Shown one piece after another: positions 13,601 to 24,100 of a stretch of 64,000 bases of DNA. Under the pieces are notes generated by a model. The model ran no database searches. It had not been told where the DNA came from and was given only the letters and a program-made list of their open reading frames with translations. Where the stretch lies: positions 930,001 to 994,000 of the forward strand of contig NW_025766984.1 of assembly GCF_003918875.1 (NCBI RefSeq). Direction: 5' to 3'. The position numbers and the translations under genes are program-made. The stretch is from Haliotis rubra (Eukaryota). How positions within the stretch are numbered: position 1 is the first letter of the stretch; every line of letters starts with the position of its first letter.

Positions 13601-16351
13601 GCGATTTTTATAAATATATTTCGTATGCATTTGTTTTAAACTTTTTTCGTATCTAACATTTTTAATGCGTAATTGGTACGCAACAATTATTTTTCAATGT
13701 GTAATTGGAAATTTTCTATGCGTATTTTACCTGGATACGCAGCTTATCTGGGCCTCTGGTTCAGGATGCTGTTTTGTTAGTAATCAATGCAAAATATGTT
13801 ACCAATCAAGTAATGTGATAAATATTATATTTCTTTCAGACTTTTTTGCTCAAAGTTTCGTCTCCGGTATTTATCGATAATCAATCGATATTTAGTTAAC
13901 GATGATTGATCTCTATGATATATATCAATAACCAGCCCTAATTGTGACCAAGTGAGTGAGTGAGTATGGTTCTACGCCGCTTTTAGCAATATTCCATCAA
14001 TATCACAGCAGGGGACACCAGAAATGGGCTTCACACATTATACCCATGTGGGGAATCGAACCTGGGTCTTCGGCGTGACGAGCGAACGCTTTAACCACTA
14101 GGCTACCCCACCGCCCCAATTGTGACCAAGTGTATCTGTACCTACCATGGAGGCATGCTGTCCCAGTCATACGGAATGTTGAAATATTCAGTGAAGAAAT
14201 ACGTCCCACTCATCATGGGCAGCTGAAAGCAATACATACAGTGCTATACTGGTACAAAACAATTGACCTAAGAACAACACTATTCTACATAGTTTTTCAG
14301 TTAACATACAAGTGTATGATGAATGTGCTTTTCAAACAAATAAATCAGCATTAAACAGATGAATGTGTCTTACTGATTTCAAACACCTGGTGTAAACTAA
14401 TCACATAAAAGGTTGTGCACTTTTTCTTCTCAAATTCTGTCTTGTTCTGACTATGATATAATATATCATATATTATAATATATTTTGTCTTGTTCTAACT
14501 GTGATCTTTGCTGAGGGGCATGATAGGACTTTCAACACAAGCGGCTTTACGATTCACTGAAGTATTTGGTGAATCGAATCATATCCCTTCGTGAATTCAA
14601 TTCATTAATCACAGTCACTAGAATCAAATATGCATGATTTTATATCCTTAAAGGTGTGCTTTACTTGAATTGGAATGTTATTTACCAAAATAAGATAGAA
14701 TATTTCCATGCCAGGCAGGATAATAGTCAACACTAATATATATTTAATTTGACAGTAATGGTCAAATTTCGGAACTAATTTATGCTGTCAGCATGGTTAA
14801 AACCATGTAAAAAATTTACTTTGTTATTGTTTCACTGAATAATATATCAACTGGAAACTTATTATTGTATTCATTAGCCAATATCTTTATTCGTTACCTC
14901 CTGTTCGTGATATGTATCATATTTGTATAAATATCCAACATATATACTAAAAGAATCAATCACAGAACTATAAAGTATATATATATATAGCGGAGTAGTA
15001 CCATAAAGACCCCTTGCAGTATCTGCCCAGTTGAAGTCACTTTATTTGAAGTTTCATTACTATTGGTCATTCACTGTGACTAGTGAGGTACAGAACACTC
15101 ACCTGTATACAAAAATGACTGAACAGAATAAGCTTTAGACATGTCCACTGCTTGTCAAATGTATCTGGTTTGTCCTGGTGAAGAGAATAAAACAGTATGA
15201 CAGAAGGATATTTGAGAATAACAGTGTTACCACGATTATTCCAACAGAGAGTTATCATACAGAGGATGTTGTTTATTTGTTATTCACACAAATGATGGTA
15301 ATATTGCAACTATGTTATGTTTTGTTTCACAATCCAGTAAATGTGATCAAGGATTCACACTGTAAGGGTACATATTGACCATGAACCAAGTCACGGTGTC
15401 TGACAGCATGTTTTGAGTGAGTGAGTGAGTGAGTGAGTGAGTGGGGGGATGGAGGAGTGAGTGAGTGAGTGAGTGAGTGAGTGAGTGAGTGAGCATGGAT
15501 ATGGTGTTGACAACCATAATCACGCTGGACAGGATGAAGCCATACAGCCTTCAGCCTTATACAAACATGATGAACCAGATACAGCGATGTATGGGAGGCA
15601 CTTACTGACTGGATCTTGTATCTGTTCATGAAGGGAATAAACTGGAAGATAAATGCAGGTAGACACAAGCCAAAGTACACCACCTGAAAGAGACCATATA
15701 AAGTGGATGTTAACATAGATCTAACCAGACAATGCTAATCTAAGCCTTGAGCCAACACTCAATTGGAGATACCTCACAGAGACTTATTATTTGCATCTGA
15801 ATCAAAACCTAATATTTGAAACATAAATCTTAACAGTTATGACGAGGAGCTTCTACAGAAATCTAAAACGTTTAGATTTCTGTGGAGGGTTTTCGTCATT
15901 AAGTATAGAGATTTAAGTTGCTAATAATTTAAAGTATACAGATTTATATTACTACATATAAATATCTTTTAGTATAAGGTATATTTATGCACCTCTATTT
16001 GAGACAAATTATCTTTGCTATTTTTGATAATGACTGTTTATCTGTCAGTATGTGATCAGCTCGTGATACCGTTACATCTGCTTTAAGCCAACTCAACCAA
16101 GACCGTGCTATCAAAATGACATTCTGTTTCTAATATAGAGAATTATCAGCACATGGTTTCAAAGAGTAACACTGAAGAAAAACACAATCATATGATGTCA
16201 TTACCTCGTGGACAAGCAGAGATCCCCATGTCGCGATTTGAAACTTCGTGTAGTTGTCAGTCATATGCACCCATGCCGTTCTGAAGGGGTCACGGAGAGG
16301 ATTATTCGGCAAGTAATCCAAATATTCGCTTCCCAAAGTCTCGTTTAACAT
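10627..16351 (-). CDS. MSMO1: Methylsterol monooxygenase 1 (C-4 methylsterol oxidase, ERG25 family), 283 aa. Coding exons 16351-16205, 15683-15606, 15174-15103, 14222-14146, 12986-12860, 12407-12359, 11770-11612, 10769-10627
   Basis: All introns GT-AG with matching phases; CDS 852 nt ending TAG. Translation includes [56 protein letters not shown] and [27 protein letters not shown], i.e. the three His boxes of the sterol desaturase/hydroxylase family, closely matching human MSMO1. Confidence 0.96.
10827..11243. mobile_element. MITE with ~120-bp imperfect TIRs and TA TSD, in MSMO1 last intron
   Basis: TAGTCTGTTTGCA..GAAAA.GTACCGAT...GCGAATCCTCATAA...ACATTTAAATCT is mirrored at 11121-11243; TA on both flanks. 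Confidence 0.85.
11890..12114 (-). mobile_element. Short retroposon family B
   Basis: Aligns along its length with 42870-43117. Confidence 0.82.
13955..14117 (-). mobile_element. SINE family A, 15-bp TSD AATTGTGACCAAGTG
   Basis: Full-length copy; TSD at 13940-13954 and 14118-14132. Confidence 0.9.
15415..15493. repeat. (GAGT)n tetranucleotide microsatellite in MSMO1 intron 2
   Basis: Direct inspection; same unit as the SINE tails. Confidence 0.9.
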
Positions 16352-16554
16352 TTTAGAAGTGTAGTTAGCCGACTGAGATGAAGTGTCAGTGTACCGATTG
16401 TCCACGATCGCTATAAACTGTCAATGAGTTGTATAAGTGGTCTGTATCTCTATATTTATCATGGTTGTCAGCTGATCTAGCAGCAGACAAGTGCGTAAAC
16501 ATAACGGACACTGTGATTAGCTCGTCCTTATGGCATGAATATACAACGCTCTCT

Positions 16555-16581
16555 CTGATTGGTTGATTTCCGTGGTGCGAT
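16555..16581 (-). promoter_or_regulatory. SRE-like element plus CCAAT (NF-Y) box upstream of MSMO1
   Basis: Minus strand reads ATCGCACCAC (16581-16572) then AACCAATCAG (16564-16555), about 210 bp upstream of the ATG. Confidence 0.55.
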
Positions 16582-17404
16582 TTACTATCAGACTGCTGTT
16601 CGCAAACCGAAGAAGACTTTGTGAGGGGTGGCCTGTGTTGATGCGTTATCGTGAATGTTTTACGTGACGAATGTTGGAAACAATATGGTGACAATTCACG
16701 AATATTCAACAAGCATGACAGGATTTCCTTGACATATTTTGATGCCACATCTGGAGTTACTGTTTTGGAATAAGCAATTCATTTCTTCAAGGATAAGCAC
16801 ATAAATTTCTGAATGTTTCTTTAAAACATTATTGCACGTTATGATTTCATGTCAACGACAAATTACACCCAAAATCCGCGTAACAGTGTGAAAGTTAGAA
16901 TGTCTTTCATTACGTTGAGAAAGCGCATGCTTATTGTTATTAATTATGTTTATCTTGAACTAGTTTTCAGCGCGATGTTAAACAGTGAAACTCGGTAACA
17001 TATCTCTTTTTAATCATTAACTTCCCTGTTTATATTTAAAGATAGCCTATTGGTATTAATGTTGTAAAATACTAGTTTTATTTGTATAGATTTATCTTAA
17101 AATTATTGGTAATTAAATGGTGTATTTTATACAAAAAGTATAAAAGTAAAATAGGGATAAAAATAAATGAAAGTCATAAAGTGATCACTATATATATTAA
17201 TAATAACTGATTGCAGTATTAAAAGTTTTGGGTTTTAGACGTATCTCATTAATTTACACTGACATTTGGTTATATTTGTCTATGATTTCAAATTATTGTA
17301 ATTCATCTGAAAGGTTATTTCGTAATGTGTATGGTTTACTATAAAGCTGAATCAAGAGTATATTGTCATATTCTAGAACCAAATCCTAATTCTTAACCTC
17401 TCGA

Positions 17405-17553
17405 GGGGCGGTGGGGTAGCCTACTGGGTAAGGGGTTTGCTCGTCACGCCTAAGATCCGGGTTAGATTCCCCATATGAAGCCCATTTCGGGTGTCCCCCG
17501 CAGTGATATTGCTGGAATATTGCTAAAGGCGGCGTAAAACCAAACTCACTCAC
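17405..17553 (+). mobile_element. SINE family A (small internal deletion)
   Basis: Head and ACTCACTCAC tail present. Confidence 0.85.
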
Positions 17554-17919
17554 TTAACTTCCCGCTGCCTAATTTTAAAACCCAAACACATCACAGCTTA
17601 TGAAGAGGCCAAATGTAAGATGGTAGCATGGTCTACATTTGGGGATGGAGTCGTGGTCATAATGTTATACTACTCACACTTTGCTAAGGATCACAAACAT
17701 TCCCAATTTTACTTAAACATAGATTTATAATTTGAAATTGTATCCATTTAAAACTGGATAAATAATAATATACATGTAGTAAACTTTCTTTAGGCAAACA
17801 CCCACTTTAATCTAACGTAAAGTTATGCATGAGTAACCATAAAAAATGGTTTTCATGGCACCAATCAACCATTTTGCAAATCATGGAACGAGTCATTTAC
17901 GAGTCATTCTCTGAACTCA

Positions 17920-18261
17920 GCCGTGGCCAGCTATGAGTCCAGGGCCTCCTTTCACAAAGCACTAAGGTGATCGCAAGTCACTAAGGTAACCTTAGTGCAG
18001 TGTTAAAGAATGGGAGTTAAGGTTAACCTTAGTAAAGTTTGTTTCGTGAAAGGAGCCCCAGATCTCAATCCCACAGAGCATGTTTCGGACTTTATCGGTA
18101 GCAGAATACGACAGAGAGATACGAAATCTTGGTTATTGGGACAAGCTCTCCATCAAGAATGGAACCCAATACGTCAACGTCACATTCAACGTTTGATACA
18201 GTCAATGAGGAGAAGGGTCAGGAGTGTTAATGCAGTTGGCGGAGGTTACACCAGGTATTGA
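17920..18261 (+). pseudogene. Tc1 transposase C-terminal remnant, interrupted by a MITE
   Basis: WPAMSP|DLNPTEHV...LHQEWNPI...LIQSMRRRV..V..GGGYTRY; the frame is restored by removing the insert at 17943-18061. Confidence 0.8.
17943..18058. mobile_element. Small MITE (Harbinger-like, CAG target duplication); related degenerate copies near 37-110 and 49640-49750
   Basis: TIR GG(C/G)CTCCTTTCAC, flanked by CAG on both sides, inserted in the Tc1 remnant. Confidence 0.7.
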
Positions 18262-18369
18262 CATTTTATGCCAGAATCTTGAAAATGACCACATTTATTA
18301 TCGTCCTACGATCATAGTTATGAGCACTACAAAGTGAGTCAGGATCAGTTTATTCAGATATATAGTAAG

Positions 18370-18551
18370 TGAGTGAGTTAGGTTTTATGCCGCACTCAGC
18401 ACTATTCCAGCTATATGGCGGCGGTCTGTAAATAATCGAGTCTGGACCAGACAATCCAGTGATCAACAGCATGAGCAGCGATCTGCGCAATTGGGAACCG
18501 ATGACATGTGTCAACCACGTCAGCAAACCTGACCACCCGATCCCGTTAGTT
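18370..18551 (-). mobile_element. Short retroposon family B, 5'-truncated, TSD ATATAGTAA
   Basis: High identity to the 3' three-quarters of the family. Confidence 0.85.
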
Positions 18552-18927
18552 AATATAGTAAATACATTGAAATCTGGATAAGTCCCTTTGATGTGATTAA
18601 TGGTAACATTGATACTACGAAAAACACGGGATGTTGCGGTACAATATATATATATTTTCCATATGTATAAATATGGTAGGACAGTTATGGCATAATAACA
18701 TTTCAGTACATCCTGTCCACACTTTGAGATAGCATGTCACAGATGTAGTCAGAGAACATTTCACGAAGAAACGTTCATACGATTCTAATGGGGAGATGAG
18801 GTCCCTGTCGATGTGTAACCTTGTGCATAGTGCTGTATATTAACGGCACGACTCGGTGTTTGTTCTGGTATGTCATCCGTATTTGTACGGCGGTACGGTG
18901 GTAAATGAAATAGTTTCTGCCTCATGC

Positions 18928-19134
18928 TGTGTTGTGTTTGTTTAACGCAGCACTCGGCAATATTCCATCTACATGGCGGCGGTCTGGACCAGACAATCCA
19001 GTGATCATCAGCAGCAGCATGAACACCGATCTACGCGTTTGGGATACGATCACATGCGTCAACCAAGACAGCGAGCCTAAACGTTTAGACGCCTTTTTGC
19101 TGAAGAACAATTCTAACCTGTATCTTCAAGGGTC
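18928..19134 (-). mobile_element. Short retroposon family B (internal deletion); further degenerate copies at ~3862-4010(+), 5390-5660(-), 11320-11510(-), 29290-29460(+), 43150-43290(+)
   Basis: Shared blocks TGGACCAGACAATCCAGTGATCA and TTCTAACC.G.ATCTTCA. Confidence 0.75.
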
Positions 19135-20144
19135 TCATAGACTGTCCTTTGAGTACTGTGAGGTTTCTACACGTGTATGAAGGGCAATTATTTCTTGAAA
19201 GACACGATACCAAGACACTGGCTGTTACCTCATTTCTTTGTCGAGAGATGGACTATATAGAATCTTGACTTTCCTCAAGGTCATCTGAATGCCATCTCTC
19301 TGGGCTTCATTTTCACCGGCAAACTGCAACTGTAACATGAACTCGGGCCGTTGAACTGGGTTCGGTTTGGCTTTAAGGAATCTGGACGCTTCCGCCTCTT
19401 AGCGTACCGGGTAGGTTTATGTATACGACTGTGTTTATGGTACACTTCTGTATACAGAAACGTACCTATCTGTAACCCGTCCCAACAACGACCCCTTCAG
19501 CGCTACTTGTACCCCACTTTTGGTTAATCGTATACCAGGGCTGTAGCTACCATTAATAAAAAAAGCCCGGGCTTACACATGATTTTGAAAATGAAAGTTG
19601 GGCAGGCCCTCAATACTAACTAAATATATAGCTTAGCAACCTATCGGGCTAACACGAAAAAATTGGATTGGTACGCGCCTGTATACTATACCTTGAATTG
19701 AGTGAAAAAAGAAAGAATTATGTTGTTTAGTATTATTCAATACCCCAAATCAAAAAGAGGCACCATTTAGACCGATCTGTACTGCAGTACAGCCTTTCAT
19801 TAAGATCTGTTCCACGGCTCCGGAAACTAGCATGACTCTCATTTTCAGATGCACTCATAATCTGCGACAAAGCTGTCGGGCAACGATTGATACACCAGTC
19901 AGGTCCCAGGTGTCGTATTAACAACGCAGCTAATGCCCCCTGAGTATTAATTCTTGAATAAACCGTTGCCAATAGACGAAAACAGATCTAAATGTCCTCT
20001 TTTAATCAGCTTAAACCGGAAATACTACAGCCACATTAAGGTTTGCATGGTGTTACCTAACGTCATGTCTCCATGATCTACCGATTTTTATGGAAGCCTT
20101 TTAAACTAACTTTTATAGGTGCCCATGCTCGATTTGGTTTGGGA

Positions 20145-20301
20145 GTGAGTGAGTGAGTTTAGTTTTACGCCGCTTTTAGCAATATTCCAGCAATATCACG
20201 GCGGGGGACACCAGAAATGGGCTTCACACATTGTACCCATGTGGGGAATCGAACCCGGGTCTTCGGCGCACGCTTTAACCACTAGGCTACCCCTATGCCC
20301 C
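20145..20301 (-). mobile_element. SINE family A, TSD TGGTTTGGGA
   Basis: Near full-length copy with a 10-bp TSD. Confidence 0.88.
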
Positions 20302-21171
20302 TGGTTTGGGAATAATTACAATCACTACAATATATATTTCAAGTATTTGAGTTTCCTGTCTCACTTTTTATGAAGTTATATAATATTCAACATGTTTTAT
20401 TTGTGTAAAAGGCGTTGGTACTACAAGCAGTCTATGTGAGAAGTAAAACTGTGTTTAAGGTCCTGTTCACGATTATTTATTTATTGCACGTGTAGAGCGA
20501 CGTGCGGCGAATGTGCAAGCCCACTGAGATACCATGCTGCAGGTTAACAAGGGCAAAGGTCTATCCACTAGGGAGACTAGAAGTCTCCTGACAGATAAAC
20601 GCAAAAAGGAACAGACCATTTGATCTTGCCTAGGGTTTCTTTTCAATTTAATAAAACATATTGTTTCAGAAAAAAGTCTTTTTTCTTGTTTCCAGCATTT
20701 GCCATAATATGATGAAGATGGTAAAGTAGTCAGTTCGAACCTAACAAACTATCAGTGTAGTGTTGCTTCTAACAGAATTTACACACAAAAATATATAACA
20801 GTCAAGAAATATGATTTAATAATTCTGTGTAAACAGTTTCAGTTCAGCTGTTAATCAATATAAACCAGCTGTGGTTGTATCACCTTGGAATAAACTGCTG
20901 CAGTGTCAATAACCCAGTGCTCTCAGTTCATCTCATGAGAACAGGCTGTCATCTCACCGGCTGATGAACAAACCTTGAAAACAAACCGAGCTTCTAAAAA
21001 ATCATTTTTGTGGTTACAAACGTCCTCAGACTCAATAAAACATGCCTTGACAGCAAGGAGGTCTGTCCCTATGTTGAAGGTGGCACTGGTGGCAAGCTAC
21101 TAAGCCTGAGAGACCTTGGGTCCCCTGAGTGGTCGTATCACCTCATGGAGTTAACAGCCCCCAGACGACCA

Positions 21172-24100
21172 TTATTCTGTTGGCTTGTCAGTGGACTTCT
21201 GTTCCTGTGGTACAAGTCCTCGAATTGTCAAGTCATAAACTACTTCCTCAGATTTCTTCAAATCATATTTCAGGGCATCAAATCTTTTACGTAAACTATC
21301 ATTTTTCAAGTTCAAAAGTCTAAATCCTGAATCGAGTTCTCCCACAAATCTGGCAATTCTGACAGGCCTCCCATAATCTCCTGCAGTCACAGAGTTCACT
21401 GCTAGTCGAGACTGAAAGAGAGGAATGAGTGTATGATGTAAAGCAATGTATGAAGTGGGAGGGAGTATGTTCTCCAACACTTCAATCAGCAATATTCCAG
21501 CAGTATCACAATGCCCATTACAAAGCACACCTGTCTCACCTCAAAGAGACACTACCCCGCGTCACGTATATGCTATGTCTCAGTTTCAGTTTCAGAAGCC
21601 CTTACCCACTTCCCCCACCCTAGAAACTCACCAGTTCACTGGCCAGCTGTAACAAGCCAAAGGTCAATATGGAACTCCAGAGGCCATTACCCCCTCCCCA
21701 CCCCAGGGACTCACCAGTTCACTGGCCAGCTGTAACAAGGCAATGGTCAATATGGAACTCCAGAGGCCATTACCCCCTTCCCCCACCCCAGGAGCTCAAC
21801 AGTTCACTGGCCAGCTGTAATAAGCCAAAGGTCAATATGGAGCCCCAGAGGCCATTACCCCCTTCCCCCACCCCAGGAACTCACCGGGTCAATGGCCAGC
21901 TGTAACAAGCCAAAGGTCAATATGGAACTCCAGAGGCCATTACCCCCTTCCCCCGACCCAGGGACTCACCAGTTCACTGGCCAGCTGTAACAAGGCAATG
22001 GTCAATATGGAACTCCAGAGGCCATTACCCCCTTCCCCCACCCCAGGAGCTCAACAGTTCACTGGCCAGCTGTAATAAGCAAAAGGTCAATATGGAACCC
22101 CAGAGGCCATTACCCCCTTCCCCCACCCCAGGAACTCACCGGGTCACTGGACAGCTGTAACAAGCCAAAGGTCAATATGGAACTCCAGAGGCCATTACCC
22201 ACTTCCCCCACCCTAGAAACTCACCAGTTCACTGGCCAGCTGTAACAAGCCAAAGGTCAATATGGAACTCCAGAGGCCATTACCTCCTTCCCCCATCCCA
22301 AGAGCTCACCAGTTCACTGGCCAGCTGTAACAAGCCAAAGGTCAATATGGAACTCCAGAGGCCATTACCCCCTTCCCCCACCCCAGGAGCTCAACAGTTC
22401 ACTGGCCAGCTGTAATAAGCCAAAGGTCAATATGGAACCCCAGAGGCCATTACCCCTTTCCCCCACCCCAGGAACTCACCAGGTCACTGGACAGCTGTAA
22501 CAAGCCAAAGGTCAATATGGAACTCCAGAGGCCATTACCCACTTTCCCCACCCTAGAAACTCACCAGTTCACTGGCCAGCTGTAACAAGCCAAAGGTCAA
22601 TATGGAGCTCCAGAGGCCATTACCTCCTTCCCCCATCCCAAGAGCTCACCAGTTCACTGGCCAGCTGTAACAAGCCAAAGGTCAATATGGAGCTCCAGAG
22701 GCCATTACCCCATTCCCCCACCCAAGAAACTCACCAGTTCACTGGCCAGCTGTAATAAGCCAAAGGTCAATATGGAGCTCCAGAGGCCATTACCCCTTCC
22801 CCACCCCAGGAGCTCACCAGTTCACTGGCCAGCTGTAATAAGCCAAAGGTCAATATGGAACCCCAGAGGCCATTGTTCCCCACCCCAGGAGCTCACCGGG
22901 TCACTGGACAGCTGTAACAAGCCAAAGGTCAATATGGAGCTCCAGAGGCCATTACCCCCTTCCCCCACCCTAGGAGCTCACCAGTTCACTGGCCAGCTGT
23001 AATAAGCCAAAGGTCAATATGGAACCCCAGAGGCCATTACCCCTTCCCCACCCCAGGAGCTCACCGGGTCCTGGACAGCTGTAACCCAAAGGTCAATATG
23101 GAGCTCCAGAGGCCACCCCTTCCCTAACCCTAGAAACTCACCAGTTCACTGGCCAGCTGTAATAAGCCAAAGGTCAATATGGAACTCCAGAGGCCATTAC
23201 CCCCTTCCCCCACCCTAGAAACTCACCAGTTCACTGGCCAGCTGTAATAAGCCAAAGGTCAATATGGAACTCCAGAGGCCATTACCCCCTTCCCCCATCC
23301 CACTCACCAGTTCACTGGCCAGCCATTACAAGCCAAAGGTCAATATGGAGCCCCAGAGGCCATTACCCCCTTCCCCCACCCTAGGAACTCACCAGTTCAC
23401 TGGCCAACTGTAACAAGCCCATGAGGTAGTCGTCAAGGTCAATATGGAAACCATCACCTCGCTGCATTTTAACTGAAACAAGAATACTGAACTTACGACA
23501 CAAACAAATCTAATGCTTTGACCTGTCATTATGTTTACCTTTCTTTAATGTGCCAATAAGTACAAGCAGATAGAGAGCCAACAAACAAAACAATTGCAAT
23601 CTTATTTGAATTTGTTTCCATTAACTTAAAAACATAACAAAGTAGCCACAGAAGGACAACCGTTTCCTCATTGGCTGATAATTGAATGGGTGGGGCTTGT
23701 GTTGCATTATTGTGCAGAACAACCGCACTGATATGGTATTATAGCCTACTGTGTTTTTGTGTCAACTATAAAATAAGCAGCTATGAAGTCACTATTGTTG
23801 CTACATATATTTCTTGAGAACCAACATCAATCTTTGTTTTTGTTAAACAGGTATAAAAGTAAAAATGTACACACCTGTAGTAGATTTGCAAAAACGTGCA
23901 GTCTATATTCACCAACAAGCACACAATATTATGTTTATGTCTTCATCTATCAATGGATCCATGACTTCTATTATGACAGTGCTGTGAATAGCTGTAATAA
24001 TGCTGATCCGGACATATTTATTCATTATTATGACAATGACATGACCCACCTCCCAACATGGCTGCTGAGTCCTCCCTGGATATGAGAGCTTCCTTCTCCA

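Noticed and set aside
13296-13757. Possible MITE with CCAGATAAG inverted ends
   Set aside because: The termini match only partially and I could not define a TSD; similar weak cases lie at 42241-42509 and 63408-63700.
16352-16405. N-terminal extension of MSMO1 from the ORF track
   Set aside because: It starts at GTG with an in-frame TGA shortly upstream; the first ATG is 16351.
19530-20000. Possible hAT transposon end and zinc-finger remnant
   Set aside because: Only one terminus-like sequence and no convincing reading frame; too weak to call.
21598-23420. Regularly spaced repeats as a CRISPR array, or ORFs 21511-23002 as a repeat protein
   Set aside because: The units are contiguous with no unique spacers, there are no cas genes and the context is eukaryotic. 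The 85-bp period is not a multiple of 3 and the frames contain stops.
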